Of a stretch of 64,000 nucleotides of DNA, positions 19,047 to 27,964 are shown piece by piece. A program made the translations under genes and the position numbers. The stretch covers positions 32,001 to 96,000 of the forward strand of contig JBBQZX010000010.1 in NCBI GenBank assembly GCA_038207335.1, given 5' to 3'. Numbering within the stretch: position 1 is the first letter of the stretch; the number at the start of each line of letters is the position of its first letter. The DNA is from Chthoniobacterales bacterium (GTDB lineage: Bacteria; Verrucomicrobiota; Verrucomicrobiia; Chthoniobacterales; Chthoniobacteraceae). The notes beneath the pieces are model-generated. The model saw only the letters and a list, made by a program, of their open reading frames with translations, was not told the DNA's origin and ran no database searches.

Positions 19047-20426
19047 ATGCGCGCTCCCCTCGCCCTCGCCCTCTCTCTTTTCATCGTGGCGGTCGCATCG
19101 GCCACCGAATTCCAAGATGTCGCCTCCGGTTTCGGCACCACGACAACGCTCATCGGAACGCATCAAGACACCACCAACGACGATATGGGCTTCGCGAAGA
19201 ATTTCTGGAACGCCTCTTACGAGGGCGCGCTTGCCGCCACCGTCCCGCTTTCCAATCCGCACATCTCAGCCGCCGATGCGCTAGGCAACGTATACATCGC
19301 GGACAAAGCCAGTCATTCCATCCTGAAAATCACGCCGGACGGCCGCATCCATACGTGGGCCGGCACACACGCCGCCGGTTTCAATGGCGACGGCCCCGCG
19401 CTCGCGACGACGCTCCAAATCAATAATCCTAACGGTTTATTCATCTTCCCGGACGGCACTGTCTATCTCCTCGACCCCGGCAATCACCGCATCCGCCGCA
19501 TCGCGCCGGACGGCACGATGGCCACCGTACTGAACGACCCCGACCCGAACTGGTATCCCTCGGGACGCGCGCTCTGGGTCAGCCGGGACCAGAAGCTCAT
19601 CTACTACACGAACGAATACGCGCCCGTCCCGCCGAGCATCATCGCCGATGGAGCTTGCGTAAAAAAGTGGACGCCCACGGGCGGCATCGAACTCGTCTGC
19701 AGCAAAGACGTCGGATTCTTCAACCCCGGCAACCTCGCCGTGAACCCCGCCGATGGAAAACTCTATGTCACCGACCGCGCCGAAGAAGACACGAACAAGA
19801 TGGCACCCGGCCTCTTCCGCATCGACGGCCCCGAGCAGCGCACGCGCATCACCGGGAATATCACCAGTCCCGCCGCCGCCGACGGGCAACTCGCCATCAA
19901 CAGCTTCATCGATCAGCCGCGAGGCATCGCGTTTTTACCCAATGGCTCTTACTTTATCTGCGGCCACAAAGACGGCAGCATATGGTACGTCGATACGGTG
20001 GGCATTCTTCACCTCTACATCCACGGCAAGGGCTCAGGCGACACCTATCTGCTCTCCAACGGCCTGCATCCGCCGCTTGCCGACAGCACCAATTACATCC
20101 GACAGCCGCGCGCGATCACCATCTCGCCTAATGGCAATCTGCTCGTAACCTGCAACGACAGCGGCTTCGTCTTCACGGTGAAAAATATCCTCCCGCCCGT
20201 GCTGCCGCTCGATTTGAAAGCCGCGCAACACGACGCCCAGGGCCTCCACCTCGACTGGACCTCGCCACCCGAGCAGGCCTACGTCGTCGAGCGCACACTC
20301 AGCCTAGCGCCGATCAATTGGCAAATCATTGGAGCCACTTCTGGCAACGGCCCCGGCACAGAATTCACCGATTCCGACGCCAGCTTCTTCGGCCATGCAT
20401 TCTATCGCCTCACCCCACCGAGGTAG
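19047..20426 (+). CDS. Secreted NHL-repeat beta-propeller protein with C-terminal Ig-like module
   Basis: Signal peptide; DALGNVYIAD, AGFNGDG, NHRIRRIAPDG, QPRGIAF; C-terminal LDWTS...YVVE...FTD...FYRL. Confidence 0.8.
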   Translation: MRAPLALALSLFIVAVASATEFQDVASGFGTTTTLIGTHQDTTNDDMGFAKNFWNASYEGALAATVPLSNPHISAADALGNVYIADKASHSILKITPDGRIHTWAGTHAAGFNGDGPALATTLQINNPNGLFIFPDGTVYLLDPGNHRIRRIAPDGTMATVLNDPDPNWYPSGRALWVSRDQKLIYYTNEYAPVPPSIIADGACVKKWTPTGGIELVCSKDVGFFNPGNLAVNPADGKLYVTDRAEEDTNKMAPGLFRIDGPEQRTRITGNITSPAAADGQLAINSFIDQPRGIAFLPNGSYFICGHKDGSIWYVDTVGILHLYIHGKGSGDTYLLSNGLHPPLADSTNYIRQPRAITISPNGNLLVTCNDSGFVFTVKNILPPVLPLDLKAAQHDAQGLHLDWTSPPEQAYVVERTLSLAPINWQIIGATSGNGPGTEFTDSDASFFGHAFYRLTPPR

Positions 20427-20433
20427 GTCAACC

Positions 20434-20913
20434 TCATCCGCGCCGCTTGTTGAAGCTCGCCTTCTCTCGGTCCATCTCCCGCTTCGTCACGCGCGCCTTC
20501 AAATCCGCCCGTTGATCCCGGTGCTCTTTTCCTTTTCCAATCCCCAGTTCGAGCTTCACTCGCGCGTCCTTCCAATACATCCTCATGGCCACGATCGTAT
20601 GCCCCTTGATCTGAGTAAGCCCGATCAACCGGTCGATTTCACTGCGATGCAGCAGGAGCCTGCGCGGGCATTTCGGCTCATGCTGTGAAAAGCTCGCCCG
20701 AGCGTAGGGTTGAATATCGAGATCGTACACGAAGACCTGCCCGCCCTCGATCCGACCAAACGCGTTCGTCAAATTCGCAAGTCCGCCGCGGATCGACTTG
20801 ACCTCTGTCCCCTTTAATTCGATCCCAGCCTCGAACCGCTCAAGGATGTGATACTCGTGCAGCGCCTTCCGGTTGACCGAAATCTCCGCAATTCTGACCT
20901 TCTCGTCGGTCAT
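20434..20913 (-). CDS. smpB: SsrA-binding protein
   Basis: NRKALHEYHILERFEAGIELKGTEVKSIR, RRLLLHRSEI, GKGKEHRDQR. Confidence 0.97.
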   Translation of the reverse strand: MTDEKVRIAEISVNRKALHEYHILERFEAGIELKGTEVKSIRGGLANLTNAFGRIEGGQVFVYDLDIQPYARASFSQHEPKCPRRLLLHRSEIDRLIGLTQIKGHTIVAMRMYWKDARVKLELGIGKGKEHRDQRADLKARVTKREMDREKASFNKRRG

Positions 20914-20955
20914 TCAAACGCGCCCACCGCGGGCCTTTTCTCGGAACGGAGCCCG

Positions 20956-21180
20956 CTACGCGGCACCGTTTGCAGAAGCCGGAGCTTCCGGCATTTCAAA
21001 CTGCAATTTTCCCTCGACGATCTCCCGCAGCGCGATATCGAGAAACCCCATCCGCGGGCCGGTTTCCACAAGCGGGCGATGCCCGACTTGAAGCTGCCGA
21101 ACACGTTTTGAAACGACATTGACCAGAACTTGTTGATTGGGAATCACCTTGAGAGCGTCGTCGAGAAAAGAGCTGGTCAT
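20956..21180 (-). CDS. rpoZ: RNA polymerase omega subunit
   Basis: LVNVVSKRVRQL, DIALREIVEGKL; small size. Confidence 0.88.
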   Translation of the reverse strand: MTSSFLDDALKVIPNQQVLVNVVSKRVRQLQVGHRPLVETGPRMGFLDIALREIVEGKLQFEMPEAPASANGAA

Positions 21181-21283
21181 AAATTGTGCAAACACGGCCG
21201 GAAAAATGGAACGCGGAATCTGGAGGCGAACCCCTCCGTTGTCAACCTGAGTTTCCGACTATTTTTAAAGCGGCGGTCGCCCT

Positions 21284-21736
21284 CTAATTCCGCTTGCGCA
21301 GGGTGATCCGTTTCAGCCGCGCGCTGTCGGGCGGACTCCACGTCATCACTTCAGGGTCGTCCTTGAACGCGTTGTGCACGATCCGCCTTTCGTATGCGTT
21401 CATCGGATCGAGCTGAAACGCACGCCCCGTTTTCCTCACGATCTCCGCGAGCTGCCGCACGCGATGCGCCAGCCCGTCGTCCTGCATTTCACGCCAATGC
21501 TCGACATCCACCTGCACGCGCGGCGACTCCTTGTCCTTCGCCTGCAACATCCGGTTCAGCAAAAGCTGTATGTCATCGAGAAGCTCGCCGTTGCGCCCGA
21601 TGAGCGTTTCTTTTTCCGCCGTATAGACCTGCAGCGTGAGCCCGTGCTCGTGCTCGAATTCCTTGATCTCGCACACAAAGCCCAACAGGCCGAGCATCGA
21701 GTCGAGGACTTCTTTCGGATTCAGGCGGGTGCTCAT
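21284..21736 (-). CDS. Jag/KhpB-like RNA-binding protein (KH + R3H, no N-terminal Jag domain)
   Basis: LIGRNGELLDDIQLL, PMNAYERRIVH; position after yidC. Confidence 0.88.
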   Translation of the reverse strand: MSTRLNPKEVLDSMLGLLGFVCEIKEFEHEHGLTLQVYTAEKETLIGRNGELLDDIQLLLNRMLQAKDKESPRVQVDVEHWREMQDDGLAHRVRQLAEIVRKTGRAFQLDPMNAYERRIVHNAFKDDPEVMTWSPPDSARLKRITLRKRN

Positions 21737-21750
21737 AAAATGGCGAACGC

Positions 21751-23577
21751 TCAGCCTCGCGGCTTCTTTTTCGTCGGCGCGGAAACTTTCACCGGCACGG
21801 GCGTGGTGCGATTTCGAGTCGCGTAAAGTTGAGCGATCGAAAAGAGATTCTGCACCGTCCAGTAAAGGGCAAGCGCGGAAGCAAAGTTGTAGCAAAAATA
21901 GACGAACATCAGCGGCATGAACATGAAGATGCGCTGCTGCGTCTGATCGCCGGATTTCGGCTGAATCGCCATCTGCCAAAACATCGTTCCTGCCATGCAC
22001 AACGGCAGCACATTGATCGGAACGGTCCCGAGATGCGCGACCGTATCCGGCTGTGAAAGATCATGAACCCACCAGAGAAATCCGCTGTTTCGCAGCTCCA
22101 CCGCTTTTCCCAACATGCTGTAAAAGCCGAAGAAAATCGGGATTTGCACGACCATCGGCAGGCATCCGCTGAGCGGGTTGATGTTGTAATCTTTATAGAG
22201 CTTCATGAGCTCCGTGTTCATCCGCGTAGGGTCGTCTTTGTACTTTTCGCGCAGCTCCGTCATCTTCGGCTGGAGCGCCTGCATCCGCTTCATCGAGGTC
22301 GTCGCTTTATTTTGCAACGGCCACATGAGGCTTTTAATGACGAGCGTGAGGACGATGATCGCGAGCCCGTAACTCCCGAGCCACGCACGCAACATGTTCA
22401 TGGAATTCAACAGGGTCTTGCTCACGATGCTGAACATGCCGAAGTCCATGATGTCGGCCTCCTGATTGCCGAGCGCCACGAGGCGGCGGTACTCGCGCGG
22501 GCCGGTGTAGATGTCGAAGGATTGCGTCGCCGACTGCCCTGCAGCCAGCGTGAAGCCAGGCATTCCGATCGCGCCCTCGATCCCGTGACGCTCGCCTTTT
22601 TGCCCGACCGTGGAGCGTCCCGCGCCGCTCCACGCGTCGTCGGAAATCACGAAACGCTGCGACCACACGCGATTACCGCGCTGCTTCGCGAGCACATCGC
22701 TGCTCGCTTTTTCATCCGCAACCGGGCTCACGATCGAGGTGAAATACTGGTTCGTCACGCCGGCCCAGCGGACGTTGTCCGTCGCGTCGGTATAGACCGG
22801 CTTCGGCGCGGATTTGAACATCAGGAATCCGCTTCCGCCGAACCAGCTCACGTTCACCGATTTGTTGCCGCCATTTCGGTAATAATCGAACCCCGTGTAA
22901 ATCTCCTGGTCGCGCGTGTGGATCGGCGCAGCGGAGCCTGTTTCGACAAAATATCCATTCGCAAGCGGAAGCGGCGCGGAACCGTGATTGGTCAACGTCA
23001 CATCGAGTCGCACGAGATATTCCTGACGAAGCTTCTCCTCGTCGCTCAGACCATCGAGCTTCGGCAGCGTGAATTTTTTGCTGATCTGAAGCTCCCGCGC
23101 GTCCGTGTGCTCGAAGCGAATTTCGCCCGTTGCCACATCGACGGTTTGGGTGAAGGCAACATTCGTCCCCTCGCCCGCGATCTCGGTCGTCGCACCGATC
23201 GGCGTCGGTCCGAATTCATTCAGCACGACATTGTCGCCGTTCTCCGCGTTGTGCTTTTTCAGCACCGCACGGGCGAGTCCGCCGCCGAGATTTGTAAAAG
23301 TGTAATCCACAGACGGAGTGGAAAGGTTCTCCAGCGTCGCGGGCTCCTCCGGGCTGGAAGCCGGCTTGGGGGCTTGATCCCCAGACGGCGCGACCGCCGG
23401 CGCAGGTGCATCCGCGGGCGCGGCGACCGGCGCTTCCACGGGAGCATTCGCGGCGGCGATGAGCGCGGCTTCCTGCTGCAGGCGCGCAGCCTTTTGCGAT
23501 TCGTGCGTGGTGTAAATCTGCCACGCCATGAGGCCCAGAACGGCGAGGACGACTCCGATGATTCCTTTGCGATCCAT
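21751..23577 (-). CDS. yidC: Membrane protein insertase YidC
   Basis: N-terminal TM, large periplasmic domain, YGLAIIVLTLVIK, NPLSGCLPMVVQIPIF, DLSQPD, LALYW. Confidence 0.97.
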   Translation of the reverse strand: MDRKGIIGVVLAVLGLMAWQIYTTHESQKAARLQQEAALIAAANAPVEAPVAAPADAPAPAVAPSGDQAPKPASSPEEPATLENLSTPSVDYTFTNLGGGLARAVLKKHNAENGDNVVLNEFGPTPIGATTEIAGEGTNVAFTQTVDVATGEIRFEHTDARELQISKKFTLPKLDGLSDEEKLRQEYLVRLDVTLTNHGSAPLPLANGYFVETGSAAPIHTRDQEIYTGFDYYRNGGNKSVNVSWFGGSGFLMFKSAPKPVYTDATDNVRWAGVTNQYFTSIVSPVADEKASSDVLAKQRGNRVWSQRFVISDDAWSGAGRSTVGQKGERHGIEGAIGMPGFTLAAGQSATQSFDIYTGPREYRRLVALGNQEADIMDFGMFSIVSKTLLNSMNMLRAWLGSYGLAIIVLTLVIKSLMWPLQNKATTSMKRMQALQPKMTELREKYKDDPTRMNTELMKLYKDYNINPLSGCLPMVVQIPIFFGFYSMLGKAVELRNSGFLWWVHDLSQPDTVAHLGTVPINVLPLCMAGTMFWQMAIQPKSGDQTQQRIFMFMPLMFVYFCYNFASALALYWTVQNLFSIAQLYATRNRTTPVPVKVSAPTKKKPRG

Positions 23578-23663
23578 GAATTTTTAGCGGAGTTGAAAAA
23601 CCTCGGAGCGCGAGGCTCGGAGCGTGTCGGGTGTGTGATGTGGCTGCATGAAAATTTGTGCTG

Positions 23664-23981
23664 CTACCGATGCGCGCAACACGGCGCGCTCGTGTTCTCC
23701 TTTTTCTCCGGCAGTCCGAGGGAGGAAGATTCAGAGGGAGATGAAGAGAAAGATTTTCGCGGCACCGGATCGAATCCAAGCCCGCCCCACGGATGACACC
23801 GCCCGAGCCGCTTCAACCCGAGCCAACTTCCCCGGAGCGCGCCATGCACCTCCACTGCTTCGAGAAAATAGTGCGAGCAAGTCGGTTCGAATCGGCATCC
23901 CGAAGTAGGCCCGCCGAGAAACGAAAGCACGGGCGAAATGAGCAACTGATAACCGCGAATGAGGAGCCGGATGAGCAGCAT
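23664..23981 (-). CDS. yidD: Membrane protein insertion efficiency factor
   Basis: [37 protein letters not shown]. Confidence 0.95.
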   Translation of the reverse strand: MLLIRLLIRGYQLLISPVLSFLGGPTSGCRFEPTCSHYFLEAVEVHGALRGSWLGLKRLGRCHPWGGLGFDPVPRKSFSSSPSESSSLGLPEKKENTSAPCCAHR

Positions 23982-24343
23982 TAGGCGGCGACATTGAGCA
24001 GTCCGGCGCGCGCCGCCAAGCCGCGCCATTCCGCGCGAAGCTCCTCGAATTTCGCTCCCGCAGCGCGTTGCCGCGCGATCAGCACGAGCCACCGGTCCGC
24101 AGCCACTAGCCCGCGATCGGCACGGAAGATTTCGCGCAGTCTGCGCCGCACCCGATTCCGAACCACCGCCCCTCCGACGCGGCGCGACGTGATGATTCCG
24201 ATGCGCGTCGGCGCTGGCGTTTCCTCACGATGAAGGACGCTCAAAACCATGAACTTTCCATGGAAGGAAACGCCCTCGCGCTTGAGCTTTTGAAATTCCG
24301 ACGCGCGCGCAAGGCGGGCGGATTTGGGAAAGCGCAAACGCAC
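23981..24343 (-). CDS. rnpA: Ribonuclease P protein component
   Basis: [36 protein letters not shown] start at 24343. Confidence 0.95.
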   Translation of the reverse strand: MRLRFPKSARLARASEFQKLKREGVSFHGKFMVLSVLHREETPAPTRIGIITSRRVGGAVVRNRVRRRLREIFRADRGLVAADRWLVLIARQRAAGAKFEELRAEWRGLAARAGLLNVAA

Positions 24344-24437
24344 GGCGCGGCTTCGATTTTGAAACCGGAGGCTCGATGCAAAGGACCGCCACGGGCGGCT
24401 CGGCGCGTCGGAAGCGTCAGCGATCGGGAATCCGACT

Positions 24438-24611
24438 CTAGGCCTGCGTGTGCCGCTTGTAGTGAATCTCGACGCCCTTCGGCAAAAGCCGCTTGCGCCC
24501 CTGCGCGCGGCGGCGTGAAAGGATGGCCCGGCCATTCTTGGTTCTCATGCGCGCTCGGAAGCCGAACTGGCGTTTGCGTGTGCGTTTGGATGGCTGATAA
24601 GTGCGTTTCAT
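24438..24611 (-). CDS. rpmH: 50S ribosomal protein L34
   Basis: [42 protein letters not shown]. Confidence 0.98.
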   Translation of the reverse strand: MKRTYQPSKRTRKRQFGFRARMRTKNGRAILSRRRAQGRKRLLPKGVEIHYKRHTQA

Positions 24612-24692
24612 AGGCCGTGTTTTTGGGAAAAAGAGGCGCAATCTTAGCGGCCTGCCTCGCGGTGTCAACACAGCGGACTGACTACTTTTTTA

Positions 24693-24760
24693 ACCGCGGA
24701 TTACGGGGATGGCGCGGCTGGAGTGGAGTGAAAATCCGCGCTTTCCGCGCAATTCGCGGT
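24693..24760. repeat. Imperfect 27-bp inverted repeat (REP-like intergenic element)
   Basis: accgcggattacggggatggcgcggct ... atccgcgctttccgcgcaattcgcggt. Confidence 0.65.
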
Positions 24761-24777
24761 GAAAGTTCTTCCTCGCG

Positions 24778-25848
24778 ATGACATCTTCCAACGGCGGTTT
24801 TCAATTCGATGTCGCGATCGTGGGCGGAGGTCCGGCGGGCGCGAGCTGCGCCGCCGCGTGTGCGCGTGGCGGCCTGAAAACCGTCGTCCTCGAGCGCTCG
24901 ATTTTCCCGCGCGAAAAAGTCTGCGGCGACACGCTGAATCCTGCGTGCTGGCCGATCTTGGAGCGCCTCGCTCTTTCCGAACACGTCATGCGCCTGCCGC
25001 ATTCGCGGCTCGCGGAGGTGGAGTTCATCGGCCTCGATGGCGCCTCGCTGCGCGTCCCGCTCGACGCGTCGGAGCGCGGTGAAATCTCCATCAAGCGAAG
25101 CATCTTGGACAATCTCCTGCTCGCGCGCGCAGCCGAACTCGGCGCGGAAATCCGGCACGATTGCGCAGTCACGCGCATTGAGCCGGGATGGAAAATTCAC
25201 GCCGGTGGCGAGCCCATCACCGCGCGGATTCTCGTCGCCGCAGACGGCCGGAATTCCACCGTCGCGCGCTTCCTGAATCTCCTGCCAGCCAGCGCCCGCG
25301 ACCGCATCGGCGTCCAGACGCACTTCCCCGCTCCCGCCGATTTCGGCGACCGCGTCGTCATGCGTTTCCTGCCCAGCGGCTACTGCGGACTCGCCTCGGT
25401 CGGCGAAAATCAACTCAACCTCTGCCTCGTGGCGCGCCCGAAAAATCTCGACGCAATCAAGTCTTGGGCGCACGCGCAGTTCACCCTCCCGCCCGATCAG
25501 CCCTGGCACACCATCGCGCCCCTCGCCCGCGCCGCAGTCGCGCCGCGCCACGGTGACCTCCTTCTCGTCGGCGACGCCGCGCGCGTCGTCGAGCCCTTCA
25601 CCGGCGAGGGCATTTTCTACGCCCTCGCATCCGGTGAACTCGCCGCCCGCGCCATCCTCTCCCGCGACCTCGCAAGCTACACCGCCGTCCACCGCGCCCT
25701 CTACCGCGGACGCCTTTGGATCAACCACCTCACCCGCCTCGCCGCGACAAATCCTCGCATCTCCACCGCCATCTTGACCGTCGCAAAATTCGCTCCAAAA
25801 ACCCTCCGCCTCCTCACTCACAAAGTCACCGGAGCCGTCACGCGATGA
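24778..25848 (+). CDS. NAD(P)/FAD-dependent oxidoreductase, geranylgeranyl reductase-like family
   Basis: DVAIVGGGPAG, FPREKVCG, LVAADGRNS, LVGDAARVVEPFTGEGI. Confidence 0.88.
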   Translation: MTSSNGGFQFDVAIVGGGPAGASCAAACARGGLKTVVLERSIFPREKVCGDTLNPACWPILERLALSEHVMRLPHSRLAEVEFIGLDGASLRVPLDASERGEISIKRSILDNLLLARAAELGAEIRHDCAVTRIEPGWKIHAGGEPITARILVAADGRNSTVARFLNLLPASARDRIGVQTHFPAPADFGDRVVMRFLPSGYCGLASVGENQLNLCLVARPKNLDAIKSWAHAQFTLPPDQPWHTIAPLARAAVAPRHGDLLLVGDAARVVEPFTGEGIFYALASGELAARAILSRDLASYTAVHRALYRGRLWINHLTRLAATNPRISTAILTVAKFAPKTLRLLTHKVTGAVTR

Positions 25849-25907
25849 GCGCAGCACCTCATCAAAAAACTGTCCATCCCGCGCGTAGTATCGAAAATCC
25901 GCACCCC

Positions 25908-26705
25908 ATGCCGAATCGCATCGATCAGAAATTCGCCGACCTCCGCGCCGCCGGGCGCACCGCCCTCATCGCCTACATCTCCGCCGGCGATCCGAGCCTC
26001 GATGCCACTTGCGCGCTCGCCCTCGCGTTTGAAACCGCCGGTGTCGATCTGCTCGAACTCGGCGTCCCATTCTCCGACCCGCTCGCCGACGGCATTGTAA
26101 ACCAAATGGCCGCCGCCCGCGCGCTGGAGGCCGGCGCGACAGTCCCCGGCGTGCTCGACTGCGTGCGCGAAATCCGCCTCGCCTCGCAGCTTCCCATCGT
26201 CCTCTACACCTACATGAATCCCATCTATCGATACGGATTCGAGCGCTTCCACCGCGATGCCGAAGCCGCCGGAGTCGATGGCCTGCTCATCCTCGATCTC
26301 CCGCCGGATGAGGACGCACAAAACTCCGAACTCTCACAACAAACCGGTCTCAAGCGCATCCGCCTCATCGCCCCGACCACGCCGCCCGCGCGCATCGCGC
26401 AGCTCACCGCCGGCGCGAGCGGATTCATCTACTACGTCTCGCGCGAAGGTGTCACCGGCGAGCAATCCGCCGTCGCCACCTCACTCCCCGAGCGCGTCGC
26501 CGAGATTCGCAAAACCACCGACCTGCCCATCGCGGTCGGCTTTGGAATTTCCACGCCCGAGCACGTCCGCGAAGTCGCTCGCGACGCCGACGCCGTCGTC
26601 GTCGGCAGCGCGATCGTCAAGCGCATCGCCGAGCACGGCAAAAGCCCCGACCTCGTGGAAAAACTCGCCGCCTTCATCCGACCCCTCGCCGCTGCCACGC
26701 GGTGA
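25908..26705 (+). CDS. trpA: Tryptophan synthase alpha chain
   Basis: AGDP, ELGVPFSDPLADG, YMNP, DLPP, APTT, YYVSREGVTG, VGFGIS, VGSAIV; alternative start at 25845. Confidence 0.97.
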   Translation: MPNRIDQKFADLRAAGRTALIAYISAGDPSLDATCALALAFETAGVDLLELGVPFSDPLADGIVNQMAAARALEAGATVPGVLDCVREIRLASQLPIVLYTYMNPIYRYGFERFHRDAEAAGVDGLLILDLPPDEDAQNSELSQQTGLKRIRLIAPTTPPARIAQLTAGASGFIYYVSREGVTGEQSAVATSLPERVAEIRKTTDLPIAVGFGISTPEHVREVARDADAVVVGSAIVKRIAEHGKSPDLVEKLAAFIRPLAAATR

Positions 26706-26773
26706 ACTTGCGCCGGAGGGAAGCGCGCTGTCGCTTCCAAGTCTCGCCACCGACGACGCCAACGCGTGTGAAT

Positions 26774-27913
26774 TTACTCCGCCGCTTCCGCGCCGGACAC
26801 GAGTTCCCCGAGCCGCGTTTTTAGCGCGTCCACCCCTTCTCCGAGCCCGGCACTGATCGGGAAAATCTCGAGCCGTTTGTAGCGCTCACGGAAGTGCGCG
26901 AGCTTCTCCGCGGCCTCTGGCAAATCCATTTTGTTTGCCACCACGATCCACGGGCGCTCACTCAGTTTTTCATCGTGAAGATCGAGCTCTTTCCGAAGCT
27001 TTTGCAAATCCTCGATCGGCTCGCGGCCCTCGCTGCCGGCCATGTCGAGCACGAAAACGAGCAGCTTGCACCGCACGATGTGGCGCAGGAATTCGTGACC
27101 GAGTCCGACATTGGCGTGCGCTCCCTCCACCAGTCCGGGGATGTCCGCGACCGTCACGCGCTGGAAGCCCGTCAACTCGACGACCCCGATGTGCGGCGTT
27201 AGCGTCGTAAATGGATACGACGCCACCTTCGGATGCGCCGCCGAGATCGCGCCGAGCAGTGTCGATTTGCCTGCATTGGGATACCCCACGAGTCCCGCGT
27301 CCGCGATCTTTCGCAGCTCGAGATAAAACGTCCCCGCCTCCCCCTCGTCGCCGTCCGTGTATTGCGTCGGCACCTGATTCCGCGAGCTCTTGAAATGCAC
27401 ATTCCCGAGCCCGCCCTTGCCGCCTTTGCACAGCACGAATTCTTGCCCGACCTCCTTCATGTCCACTACGACTTCGAGCTGCGACGGATCGAGCCCCGCC
27501 TTTTTGCCCGCCCGCGGCTCCGGCGCCTCGTCTTCCGGCGATTTCGCAAAGTCGATGTAAGTCTGGTCCGTGCGATACGCGACGGAAGGCTCGAGCCCTT
27601 CCTCTTTCACCTCATCCGGCATCCGATAGACGATCGTGCCGACCGGCACCGGCACGATTTTATCCTCCGCCGATCTCCCGAAACACTGCTTGCCCTGCCC
27701 GTGATCGCCATTGCGCGCCTTCACGATCGGCTCGTAAAAAAACGGCGTCAGGCTGTCCGTGTGCGTGTCGGCGCGCAGGACGATGCTCCCACCGCGCCCC
27801 CCATCGCCGCCATCGGGGCCGCCGCGCGGGACAAATGACTCGCGGCGAAAACTGCACGAGCCGCGCCCGCCGTCGCCCGCCTTCGCCTGAATCTTAATGT
27901 GGTCAACGAACAT
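26774..27913 (-). CDS. obgE: GTPase ObgE/CgtA
   Basis: MFVD...AGDGGRG, GGPDGGDGGRGG, GYPNAGKST, YPFTT, DIPG, NKMD. Confidence 0.98.
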   Translation of the reverse strand: MFVDHIKIQAKAGDGGRGSCSFRRESFVPRGGPDGGDGGRGGSIVLRADTHTDSLTPFFYEPIVKARNGDHGQGKQCFGRSAEDKIVPVPVGTIVYRMPDEVKEEGLEPSVAYRTDQTYIDFAKSPEDEAPEPRAGKKAGLDPSQLEVVVDMKEVGQEFVLCKGGKGGLGNVHFKSSRNQVPTQYTDGDEGEAGTFYLELRKIADAGLVGYPNAGKSTLLGAISAAHPKVASYPFTTLTPHIGVVELTGFQRVTVADIPGLVEGAHANVGLGHEFLRHIVRCKLLVFVLDMAGSEGREPIEDLQKLRKELDLHDEKLSERPWIVVANKMDLPEAAEKLAHFRERYKRLEIFPISAGLGEGVDALKTRLGELVSGAEAAE

Positions 27914-27964
27914 GGGCCGCAGACTCTCGACTGTGCGCCCCGCCGCTGTCGAGACGCGTTCGCG

